A stretch of DNA of 62,861 nt, counting the filler. It is 7 parts of 7 records of this genome, joined end to end, with 100 filler letters (N's around TTAATTAATTAA, not from the genome) between each part and the next. Parts side by side here need not be neighbours in the genome. Positions count along the whole stretch, not along the records: positions 1 to 8,258 come from SRR2962707_3845; positions 8,359 to 13,448 come from SRR2962707_3848; 5 more parts are not named here. One strand, given 5' to 3'. The notes beneath the pieces are model-generated. The model was not told the origin of the DNA. It was given only the letters and a program-made list of their open reading frames with translations, and made no database searches. The translations under genes and the position numbers were made by a program. This document shows, piece after piece, positions 1 through 10,982 of this stretch. Every line of letters begins with the position of its first letter. Position 1 is the first letter of the stretch.

Positions 1-28
1 CGTGCGTGCGTGCGTGCGTGCGTGCGTG
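1..28. repeat. (CGTG)n microsatellite at window start
   Basis: Seven tandem CGTG units read directly. Confidence 0.95.
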
Positions 29-462
29 TTGTGTGAACCAATCATCGCCGCGCGGTTCATGGCTGGCTGGCACCCGCAGCATCGCCAGAGTCCACAGACT
101 GCTTGAGAGCGAGTGAGCGAGCGAGGCCCACGGCCCAAGTGGGAAACAGCGTGTGCAGCTCGCAAAGCAGCCTGCTTGTCGTTGTGTGTTTTGTTCTCGT
201 TTTATTGTTGTGCATATTTTGAATTGCAATTGCCGTCGCTCGCTCACGTCACCAGCGAGTACATACTGTTCGTGTCGGTGCGTCTCGGGCTGCTGCTGAC
301 TGTTCCGCACTCAATCGTTGTGTGTGTTGAGGCCCTCAGGCTTCTGTTCCTCTCACCCACGTGTTTTCTGTGAGTGTGTGCAGTGAAGTTGCAATGGAAG
401 TTGTGGAGAGGGTGTTTTTGTGAGCAGCGGCGTCGGTCAGCAAACAGAAGCGCGGCAATATA

Positions 463-3400
463 ATGCCCAACTTCAGCACCACTTTGTCTGCGTGTCAACC
501 TTGTGACTGTCCTGTGGAAAAGGACGACTACTTCGTGAGACTCACAACGAGTTGCGCTGTTGCCTCATTCCTCGGCGTATTCGGTTCTCTGTACACTATA
601 ATGTCGATTGTTGGGACCATATTCCGTCTGCAGGCGAAACTGCGCCACCGCCTGTGGAATTACCTTTTGAACGGTGGCTTTCTGATAGCCCTTCTGGCGG
701 TTGGCGAAGGCATCTTGGGCGCGACGGTTTTCAAGAGCACGATGAATTCCGCTCTGTATGGGCCTTTTTGGGGAGGACTCCAGAACTTGACCGCCGAGTG
801 CCAACTCACCGGCCGTCTGCAGCAGTTTGCAGCTTGGCTTGAGTACGTCTTGCAATGCACCTTCAATTACCCTATGAAATACAAATAAACACATTGCCAC
901 TTTCCGATCTTGCTGACGCAAGTGCTTTTCGCCGTCATGAGCTGAAGTACTTGTGTAGAGTATGGCGTTTAATTCATTGCACCCTGACTTGTGTGTGCAC
1001 ATGTTCATACGTGCGGTCTATGATGTATGCATCCTCTGCCAGGTTCATGAGCATTTTATTTCTTGGGGCGAGCTTTTACGACATCCTCAAGAACAAGCGA
1101 AATATTTCGCCACGGCTGTGTGCCATTTTTTTGTCTGTTGCTATTTTGTCGTCGTCGCTCATGACGATCCTGCCCGGCTTCACTGACAGTTATGGGGCGC
1201 TTTACCTTTGGTGCTGGATTGATGACCCAGACTTTCAATGGGGGTGCGTTACCTTCACGGTTTTGGCTGTGGGCGTCGAATTGTGCGATTCCGACTTGCG
1301 ATTAAAATGTATGAAATATATGTCATGTATGTCATATATGTGTGTCTGTGTGCGTGCATGTGCGGGCCCACCGTCTAGTTTTTACTACGCAGAAATGATG
1401 GCAGCGACTGTTGCATTGCTCGTCGTCACTCTTTTACCGCTAAATCAGTGGTCAAAGCTCCGCCAAAATAGCGACACAAAGCAGCTTGCGATTCGAATGA
1501 TGCTCTTTCCTATTGTGTGGCTTGCCTTTCGCCTTCCTGCCATCATCAATCGCGGGTTTGTTCATGCTTTTTCTGTGAGCTAGCTCGTCGAGAATTAAAT
1601 TTGTGACTGCCACTGTGTGTCATCACAGCTCCCCCTTTTGGATATTTTCTGCAGCTACTCGCTTTTTTCTGGCGGAGGAAGTTTACCGGGACTCTCTTTT
1701 GCACAAGCGGTCACTTTTCCCGCAATGGGGTTTGCAGACGCAATTGTATATGCTGCCAGTAGTGCAAAAATGCAAGAGTTTTTTACCAGTATTAAGTTTC
1801 GAATCGCAACTAGCCAGAAGCTTCGAGCTTCATTCCATGAGCGCCAGCGACGCGCAACAAAAAGGGCAGGTGGTGTTAGCACCCCTGGCGCACCTCACTG
1901 CAATGCTGGCAGTGACACTACCGACCACAGAATAAACGGCCGCAGTGCACGATCAATTAGGAAGCTGCTACAGTCCAATTCAGAATCTCTAGAGCTCAGG
2001 GGTCACGGGAAAGAGCTGCAGCGCCTTTCACGCGCTTATGCACGGCCGTTGCCACAGCGTGATAACCAGGGGACAACGAATGGCAGCAGCAGCGTGAGGA
2101 ATTCCCTTCTCCACGGGGATGTAGACGATATTCTCGCGCAACTAGTTTTGGACAGCCGCCAAGTCCAATTGAAGGAGTTGGTAGGAAACGGGCGCCTCAG
2201 TACGTTAGAATGCGTTTGTCCTACTTTCTCGCCTGGTTTCAATTGTACGCTTGTTCTCAACTCGCTGCAATATATTGCTTCAGGTCAGGTATTTCGAGGG
2301 ACCTATCGTGGCAAGACTGTTGCATTGCGGGAACGCGTGGTGTCAGAGGCAACAACATCGGCCGTGAATGCTACTTTTCAGTGAGTTCAAATATATTGGC
2401 TTGTGTGCTTGTGTGATGAGCTTTCAGCGCGCCTTTTTTTTTTTTTATTCTTTTTTGTCCTGCGCCAATGACCGCTTTCACTGCTCATGGAACAATTCTC
2501 AGGAAACTGGTTGACGAAGCATGGACATTGTTGTTTTTGCGGCATCCATACGTGGTTGGCTTCCACGGAATTTGGGACCTCCCTTGTGATTTCTTCACTC
2601 GCACTTTTCTTGTAGTTGAGTTTTGTGATTTTCAGGTTGGTTTGGGCACTCGCACGAACTTGAGTGGACGGGTCTCAGTCATGCATGTTTACAGTTGACA
2701 GTCCGTTTGTTTGCTTTCAGTTGTCACAGCGAGTGCAGGCTTTCAGATCACAGTGCTCACTCCCAGAAGATGAGTCACGTGAAGTTGCAACAAACTCTCG
2801 CAGAAGGCACATCCGCGCGGCCACATTTGTTCGTTGACGCTATGCGATGTCCGAGAACGTTGCATTCGGTGAGCTCCCTTGATTTACTTTCGATTGTTGA
2901 AATTTGTTTTGTACAGTCGCTCAATGAAGCTCCCCACCAAAATCGTTCAGTTTCGCAAAGTATGGAGCTTCCTCTGACGACATGGAAAAAGGACCAATCC
3001 CCTATCAGAGATGGCAACCCAGGGCTATTTGTTCCAAATCATCTCAAATTAAAATGGCTTCGTCAAATTGCAGAAGCTTTCAAGTTCGTTGTTTTCTTAT
3101 AATACAGATGTCTGGTTCCTATTCGACCAGAATGCACGCATGCAGATGCTGATTTTCTGCGCTGTTCACTGTCCTATTTCAGGTATCTGCACTCGAGATC
3201 GCCGCCGGTCGTCCATGCTTCCCTGAAACCAAGCAAAGTTCTGCTTTCTGCCAACGACGATGTTCGAATTTCCGACTTTTCAAGGTCCTTTCATGGAACC
3301 ACATCACATTTGCGCGTAGAAGGAAACGAATTGGAAGCTCTGCAGTGGGACGCCCGATTTACACCTCCTGGTATTCGTTGGGTTTTTGTTTTGCGCAGTA

Positions 3401-4243
3401 CTCTGTGCTGCAAACGAAGCGCGGGTATTGTCAGTGTTATTCGTATATTCGTATGCCCAGTGCTATTCTTGCAATCACTGGGATCGTAAAATTGTATTGT
3501 AGACATTCTGCGCAAAGTACGCCAATGCCTTCGAAGTAGCGGTGACGGCGTGCGTGAACAGCGTTCGCAAACTGCTGGCGGGATTAATAGTCCTGGTATT
3601 TTGCAGGTGCCGACGCGCACGAGCACCTTGGAAGTTTCACTGGAAGAAGGGATGGCATGGGACATGTATGGGTTCGTCACGCGCCCGTCATTGGCTTGTC
3701 GATGGCTCAAACACCAGTCAGCCGCGTTGCGTTTCCGTTGTGTATTTTCGGTAGTCGCGGTCGGTTGTTTGACGGTATGATTCCTCGAACGGCGGCCTGC
3801 TTGTTTCAGGTTTGGAGTTACAGCACTCTTTGTGTTGAATGAGCAACTTCCATTCAATCAGCTCACTCCGAATGCCAAAATCCAGCCTCCGCTCATCGAT
3901 GGTGCTGCTATGAGCACATCCTCGACACGAATTGGCCCATACTCGTTTCTCGCAGACAGGCTCGTTGAGGAGCAGTTTCGACCAGCGATCCCCGTGAACG
4001 TCTGTGGTGAACTCGTAAGTGTCATGATTGGTTGCAACGATCATCAAATTTTTGCTGTGGTTCCTTTGGTTTGGTGGTGTGATTCTGCTGTGTGATGTGT
4101 CTCAGCATATGTTGCTAGAGCGCGTGTTCACACCAACGCATGGGACGCGCACAGAGCTTACTTTCGGTGAAGTCGAGGCCACGCTACACCAAATTCCATC
4201 AGTGCTGAAAACTTTGACTGGCGTGACGATTGTAAAGAGTTAG
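463..4243 (+). CDS. Multi-exon GPCR (cAMP-receptor/Git3/GCR1-like 7TM) fused to a C-terminal TKL-like pseudokinase domain
   Basis: Manually spliced at GT-AG sites. Seven hydrophobic segments with extracellular C (AECQL), WCWI, TM6 MMLFPIVWLAFRLP and TM7 GFADAIVY. Kinase subdomains follow: GNGRLSQV, VALRE, LRHPYVV, YLHSRSPPVVHASLKPSKVLL, ISDFS, DMYGFGV..LPF, FRPAIP. Stop TAG ends at 4243. Confidence 0.85.
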
Positions 4244-4314
4244 CTTGATCATTTCGTGCCTGATGACTAACATGCCAAATCTGTTCCAAGTTCTGCAGAC
4301 CGGTGCAACGGGCG

Positions 4315-7300
4315 CTATTCGCGAACGAACAAAAACACCGTCTCCATGTACTGCGAGTAGCAAGCCTCACCGTCGTAACCGCACTGGGATGGTCCACCAA
4401 TATCAATTTGGTAGTCAGTGTTTGACGTGTCGTCCTGCCAGTACAATCCATCCTCCAGCGCCTGTTTGATTTCAGCACACGCAATCGTGAAAACAGGATG
4501 TTGCCAGCTTTTAGGGCAAACAACACCCCACACTTTCACAAACTGTGTTCTTACCCCAAGACCCATGTCAGCTTCCGTGCACTGGTCGTCGAAGCCGCTG
4601 ACAACACCCTACAATCATGCCACAAAGTTTCACATGGGACCGAGATAAAAAAACAAGGCAACTTTTCTCACTTCTACAATACTCAACCTTGACTGACGAA
4701 CCGAAGTGTCCCCACTGCTGTCCGTATATGCCACCGTGATGTACTCAATGCCGTCAGACTGGCCGTAGGTGTCGGATGACGTCAGCCAGTTGGGAATCTG
4801 ATATGCGAGTCCGATGCCAAAATCCATTTCAGGCAGATGTTAGTAGCGATTCAGGCAGCGATCCCCATACAAATAGCGCTAAACACACTCCGCAAATCGT
4901 AAATGAGTAGAAATGCCATGATACATACGTAACCCGAGCTGCAAGTTGCCGGAATACGTTCGTAATAGCTGCAGCTGCCGCCGTAGCCTGGGAAATCGCC
5001 GCTGCCCAATGCAGACGTGAAATAGTTGGAGAGAGTGTCGCCGAGGTAATCTCCTTTTGACGTCAAACAATAATTCGTGTGGCTCATACTGTCACGAATC
5101 ATGAGCTGCGCTGCAGGAATTGAACTCCACGCGAGTCCTTTCGCATCGGCGCCGATCAACACTAGACTTGATGTGTCCCCGTATACTTCAGCAGACATCC
5201 AATCGTCAGCGTTTCGCACCCAATGCGGTCGGTCGGCATTCGTCATCTTAGCAGCGAGAGTCCAGCCACCGCCGTCTGTTGTCATGTCGCAAAAAGCTTG
5301 GTACGTTTCGCCAGTGGTCGTGTTTACAAGTGTGTACGTACCGTCAATACCGGCGTATGTTGTTTGCTTGTCAAGGATTTCTTTGCACGAGGACCCAATA
5401 GGCATGCGCAAAGGATCCGCTTCCCGCACATAGAAGTAGACTGTTTGCGGGTATGATGTTGCGCAAGTTGTGTCAGAATAAGAACAGTACCTAAACACGA
5501 CACAGAGACCAAGATGCACTGTCACTTTTGTTGCACAGCTTTGTGCCTGATCTTCACGCTTAGACATGCCCAGCAACAATCAACATTCTAGCGATTCCCT
5601 TCACGTACGTCGGCCCGCCAATATCTTGCTGATAAGTCGGGTTGGAGCTGTCCTCCAGCCAAAGTGCCCCGTCTTCCAATGCACCCAAACCAACATCAGC
5701 TTCCCCGCAAGCGTCATTAAGTCCACTGAGCACCGCTGACGTGTCGCCATCCGCGTCGGTGTAGGCTATCGTGATGTATGACAGAGGATCTTGCGCGTAG
5801 GTAGTGCTCGAAGTGAGGACCAACCAATCTGGCTCGTATGTAGCAATGACGGGGCATCGTTCGTAGAATCCACACGCCCCACGCAAAGCGTTAGTCGCTT
5901 CGTCGTAACCAGGAAAGCCTTGGCCGAGAGCTGCCTCAAAGTAGTCGGCCATATTGGTATTTTGAAAGCAGCGTGAAGAATTGGTTGTCATCACAAAGTC
6001 ATCTGGGCTCTCATCATCCTTGAGCATGATTTGCGATGCTGGGATACTGTTCCACGCTTCACCCTTGGCGTCGTTACCAGAGGCAAGTGTTGCAGTGTCG
6101 CCGTATGCACGCGTGGATGACCAGCTTTTGGCGTTGTTAACCCAATGTTTACCGTCCTGGTTCGACATCTTGGCAGCAAGCGTCCAGCCACCCCCACCCG
6201 TGGACATGTCACAGTATGCGCCGTAGCTGCGAGTGTCACTGAGAGGGCGGTCATTCAAAAGATCGTACTTGAGAACAATTATGTCCCCATTCTCAAATTG
6301 TCCGGCAGCTGCTGTGCCATCGTCGCGGCGACCGTGCCCATCGCCCACGCGTCCCCCGTTGCTGCTGTCCCACAAAACTACCTTGCCTGTCCACAACAGT
6401 TCTCCACGGCGCCAATGCTGCACGGTTGCGGTCAGTTCCGAAAATACGGGTGTGTCTATGCAGCGAGCGACCTCGTGGTTCCAAAAATGGAAATACATTC
6501 CGTTGTAACTGGCACCGAAAGCATGCTCGTCGTCACGAACGACAACTTCACAGAACCCCGTACTGGTGAGAACATACTGACCGTCTTGCCCGTGGGTATC
6601 CGGGTACTTCTCCACGATGTCCAAACACGAGCTCCCACGAATCAAGTCGTCAGTCTCCTCTCGCACGAAGAAGAACACGGTCTCCGGGTAGTCCTCTTGG
6701 CACGTATCGTCGTCATAGTTGCACTGAGTTGGGCCTCCAATGTCTTGCTGGTATCCCTTGTTGCTCGCGCCAGGCAGCCACACAGTGCCGTCTTCGAGAG
6801 CGCCGATGGCGATGTCCGCTTCTGGGCAATAGTTTGCTGACTCGAGGCCACTAATGACACCGGCGGTGTCAGCGTTCACGTCTGAGAAGGCCATCGTCAA
6901 GTACGTGATGTCACCCGAGCCGATTTGGGTTTGACTGTACGCGTCAGCACTTGACAAAAACGCGGGGTTGTAAGTTCCCGTCGCAGAGCATCGTTCGTAG
7001 TACTGGCACGTATCGGTATTGGCAAGATCGTAGCCAGGAAAGCCCAGAAGAGCGCGCTTCCAATACTCACTCATCGTTGAGTGGCGATTGTCTCCAACGG
7101 TAGCACCAGATGCCAACGTTGTGGTGATGGACTCGGTGAGAAAACACCCAGAGTTGGCCTCGGTCATCAAGTAGTCGTAACCATTTTCGCTATCGCGAAT
7201 CATGAACTGGGCGGTCGGAACGTTGGACCAAGCCAATCCACGAGCATCGCTGCCTTCGCCAAGGTCAGAAGTATCTCCAAACGCGGTGGTGTTCGTCCAT

Positions 7301-8049
7301 GCTGCCGTCCCTGTCACCCAGTGCTTCTCGTCGGCGTTTGTCATCTTTGCGGCCAGCGTCCAGCCGCCGCCATCGGTGGTCATGTCGCAGTAGGCTTCGT
7401 ATTCTTCGGTGCCATCGGCGGTGACCAGAGTGTACGTCCCGTCACTGCCTGCGAGAGACGGGTGGTTGGTCAACAGCTGCAGACAGGAAGGGTACACACC
7501 CGGCGTCGTCGTCGTTGTGGTGGACGTGGTGGTCGTGGTGGTCGTGGTGGTCGTCGTCTTGGGAGGCAAAGTCGGCGTTCCGTCGCACTCGGACAGCAGC
7601 ACCTGGGTCAACGTGCAGTCTCCAATGAGAATGTCGTCCGTGGAGTTGACCCGGATCTTGTCGAACCGAGTGGTGTTGGTCATGTGCGCTTGTCCGTCGC
7701 CTACGCGGCGATACACGACGTCACCGTGTGCACCAAGCACGACCTGCGCGTTCGCACTCTTGATGCGTATGCCGGACCCGGCAGAAGCTGGTGGGTCTTG
7801 CAGCAGCCCGCCGCTCGAACCCGCTAGCTTGCGGCGTTGCTCGGGCTTCAGCACTGAGTGCAGCTGCTCCATCTGTCGATTCTGCGCAATCGCCAAGTCC
7901 CGAAGCAGCGCCAGTTCCTGAAACAACTTGTCCATGTCCTCACTTGCTGCTGCTGCTGCGGCTGCTGCGGCTGCCGTGACCGTAGTAGGCTTCCCTGAAA
8001 GAAACGCCGTGGCAACGCCCGCAACGGCGAGCGTGGTCAGGGGCTTCAT
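4315..8049 (-). CDS. Secreted protein with coiled coil, Thr-rich stalk and three intelectin/fibrinogen-related (GGGWTL) domains
   Basis: ATG at 8049 (MKPLTTLAVAGVATAFL signal-like). Three copies of SC..DG.Y.L..YCDM.T.GGGWTLAAKM..W....FGD..D.KG.AW, each ending TV(F/Y).(F/Y)VRE. Introns 5491-5608, 4798-4928, 4609-4701 and 4462-4554 restore the repeat register. Confidence 0.85.
7504..7557 (-). repeat. Coding ACG/ACC repeat (poly-Thr mucin-like stalk)
   Basis: Translates to TTTTTTTTTTSTTTTTT in the 865-aa ORF. Confidence 0.9.
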
Positions 8050-8234
8050 CGCCGGCAATGTTGTTGTAGCTCGCGCTTGTTCTCGGGGGGAGGGGAGAAA
8101 ACGGGGGACAGAGCAAGGACGAAAAATATTCTGGCACTCAAACACACCCACCCACACACTCCCCCCCTCCCCTCACACACAGAGTATTGAGAGTTGCAAG
8201 AGCGACGGGAGGGAGCGGGAGAGAGTATCGAACG

Positions 8235-8258
8235 CACTCACTCACTCACTCACTCACT
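8235..8258. repeat. (CACT)n microsatellite at contig end
   Basis: Six tandem CACT units abutting the N run. Confidence 0.9.
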
Positions 8259-8358
8259 NNNNNNNNNNNNNNNNNNNNNNNNNNNNNNNNNNNNNNNNNN
8301 NNTTAATTAATTAANNNNNNNNNNNNNNNNNNNNNNNNNNNNNNNNNNNNNNNNNNNN
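8259..8358. other. Artificial contig spacer (N44-TTAATTAATTAA-N44)
   Basis: Identical 100-bp unit occurs six times. The 12-mer has stops in all six frames. Confidence 0.99.
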
Positions 8359-8534
8359 TTCTTTGAAGAATGTCAGTTTGAATTATTCAAGTACTCGAGT
8401 AGTGGCGCACGCAGAAGTTGGGCAGCTGTATTTGGTGTTGCTGCTGCTGCTGCTGTCTGTCTGTCTGGGTGCTGGGTGACCGAGTCAACGAGTGAGTCCT
8501 GGAAGATTCCCACGGCCCGCCCGTGCGCGTTTGC

Positions 8535-10472
8535 CTAAGCGGTGGAATTGAACAGTGCGTGGAAGGTGGAAATGAGCGGCGGAGCCGTGGAACAATCAAA
8601 CTCGAACCAGTTCACGACGTGCGTCACTTTCACAGCACGCGCTTTGTCGCCACCAGTGGAAGTTGCTTTGGGTACCGTCTCGATAGTTTTCGCAAATGCA
8701 CCCGTTTGACCGTTCACGATCATTGGCCCGTCCACTGATTCCTTTATTGACGCAAGTGTCGAAAAGTAGGCCGCATATGATGCCTCAATCGCTGCCCGGC
8801 CGACAGCTGTCGGAGCACCACCATCAGCAGGGATAAAGTTGAGGCCGTTCTCTGAATACATGGCTGCTAGTCCGGCAGCGTCTTTCGCGTTCTGAGCGGC
8901 CTGGAAAGCCTCCATAAGAGCAACAATTTCACTTGCAGCACACTTTGCGGCGGGCACTGGTGCTCCCGATGCAGCACCAATAGATTGATTGAAACGGAAG
9001 AAATTTGCGGGGTCGAAGCTTTGCTTGATGCGGACGAGTCGGTCGTAGTAGTCACCATAGTATGCTGTTGTCCAGTTGGAGAGCAATGGGTCAATGTAAT
9101 TCAAGTATGCACCAGATACATGGGTCGCAATACTTTGCTGCAACTTCTTGCCCCAATCCATGTTCGCCTTGGTTGCTTTGCCAGTGTCATCCGGAACCCA
9201 GATTCCTTTGATTTGGTAGATGAGGTTGAAGCTTCGATGGGCAAACGCGCCATCTTGTGAGGTGCGGATTGCGCCGCCCCCATCGTGGAAGTTGATTATC
9301 GTCCGTTCTCCTGGAGTCGTGGCAAGACCATTTACAAGTCTTTCGGCCACAATTCCATCGTTCAAAGCTCCTGCCAACAGCACGCCGCTCGACATGTACC
9401 CATCATCGCCATCCACACCAGTCTTGAGGGCTCCACAGCGGCTCTCCCATTCGTAAAATGTCGCTGTTGGTCCCGCGCAGCCATCAGTCACGATATCTGG
9501 AGTTTCAGAAGCGTTGACAAACGCCACCAGAGATTCCACCTGCTCTGATACGTTGATTTCCTCAATGGCAAACAAAGTGACGCACAAATCAACGGGAGCG
9601 GGACTGGGAGTTGGAGATGTGTCGTTTCTTCTTCGGATCAGCAACGCCGGCGCGCCAATTCGGGGGTCAGCACCCCCGGTGCTCGCTTCCAGCCAAGCAG
9701 CATACTTCGGCAAGGCAAAAATAGCTGCTTCGCTTCCACGCCAGCACACTTCTTGCACGGTCGTCCTTTCTTCTCCAGGGTGAAGACGCAGAGTGAGATC
9801 GACAACAACGCCAAAGTTCCCACCACCTCCTCCACGTAGCGCCCACCAAATGTCAGCCTGGTGGCTGCCTTCCCCGGAAATATTCATGATTGTGCCATTC
9901 GGAGCCACCATTCGCAGAGCCACGAGGTTGTCGATGGCCAGTCCGTATGCACGAGACAAAAAAGACAGACCCCCTCCAAGCGTGAAGCCACTCACCCCCA
10001 CCGTACTGCACCCACCACCTGCCAAGACCAAGCCTGTCTTGTTGAGTCTCTCGTACACCTGCCCAAACCGCGCCCCAGCCTGCACCCACAACAGAGGGGC
10101 GCCAGTGACTGGGTCATACTCGACTCTGCTTGCATTCATGCGCGACATATCGACCGTGATGCCATTCGGAGCGAGTGAGTATCCTGCCGCCGAGTGCCCG
10201 CCGCCTTTCACAGTGAACGTCAGCCCATTGCGCTGCGCATACGCCATGGCTGCCGGAATATCTTCAGTGCACTCTGCCTGAGCGACGAGCGCCGGCTGGC
10301 GCAACCGACCAGCGCGCCCATTGTCAATGTAGGTCGAATTCGCAAAACCAGGCTCACCCGGAACCAAGATCGAACCGCATGGCAGACTGAACGCGTGGGA
10401 TTGTTGCAAAAACAAAAACAACACCGAACCAGCGAGAAATGATAGCAGCAACGAGGCCCGCAGCAGCGCCAT
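8535..10472 (-). CDS. Secreted berberine-bridge-enzyme-like FAD-linked oxidase with C-terminal SnoaL/NTF2-like domain, intronless
   Basis: Signal peptide MALLRASLLLSFLAGSVLFLFL. FAD motifs KGGGHS, GGGCSTVGVSGFTLGGG and WWALRGGGGGNFGVV. BBE motif AYLNYID..YYG..RL..IK..FDP.N.F...QSI. Tail LMEAFQAAQNAKDAAGLAAMYSENG..GRAAIEASY. Confidence 0.9.
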   Translation of the reverse strand: MALLRASLLLSFLAGSVLFLFLQQSHAFSLPCGSILVPGEPGFANSTYIDNGRAGRLRQPALVAQAECTEDIPAAMAYAQRNGLTFTVKGGGHSAAGYSLAPNGITVDMSRMNASRVEYDPVTGAPLLWVQAGARFGQVYERLNKTGLVLAGGGCSTVGVSGFTLGGGLSFLSRAYGLAIDNLVALRMVAPNGTIMNISGEGSHQADIWWALRGGGGGNFGVVVDLTLRLHPGEERTTVQEVCWRGSEAAIFALPKYAAWLEASTGGADPRIGAPALLIRRRNDTSPTPSPAPVDLCVTLFAIEEINVSEQVESLVAFVNASETPDIVTDGCAGPTATFYEWESRCGALKTGVDGDDGYMSSGVLLAGALNDGIVAERLVNGLATTPGERTIINFHDGGGAIRTSQDGAFAHRSFNLIYQIKGIWVPDDTGKATKANMDWGKKLQQSIATHVSGAYLNYIDPLLSNWTTAYYGDYYDRLVRIKQSFDPANFFRFNQSIGAASGAPVPAAKCAASEIVALMEAFQAAQNAKDAAGLAAMYSENGLNFIPADGGAPTAVGRAAIEASYAAYFSTLASIKESVDGPMIVNGQTGAFAKTIETVPKATSTGGDKARAVKVTHVVNWFEFDCSTAPPLISTFHALFNSTA

Positions 10473-10982
10473 CTCTCCCCGCACTCAACCCGTAAATGGG
10501 GGGTGGCGAACAATCTCAGCGAGGGGGCAGAAAAGCAATGACAAACAAAAAATAAAAATAGCGAGCGTGATCAATGCGCGTTGTGTCTGTCGCTGGGAAC
10601 TCGCACGCAGTCAACACTGAAACAAGCACGAGACGCAGGAGCGAGAAGTCACGGGGTGTGGAGGAAGAACGAGAGTTGAGTGAAGCGGGTCGTAGTTCGT
10701 TGTGAGTGGAGTGCGTCGTGAATAAAAGCGCAACAACATCATGGTGACCATGAGGGTATGGCACAGGTTCAAAATACATAGCATAGTTCTCATTATGATC
10801 GAAGTGCCACTTGATCGCATTTAATATCGGTCTGCTATGAGACTTCAATAACACATTGGGTGCTGCGTCACCATCCGGAAACCGGTGAAAAAAAGTGGAC
10901 AGGACAAGGAAAGCAACGGCAGCGTCTTGGGCTATTTGACAGCAGTGCATGTGACATTTCGACAGCTTTCGTGGGCGCTGCT

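Noticed and set aside
113-373. 86-aa hydrophobic upstream ORF
   Set aside because: GTG start in TG-rich low-complexity leader sequence of a eukaryotic gene, with no family features.
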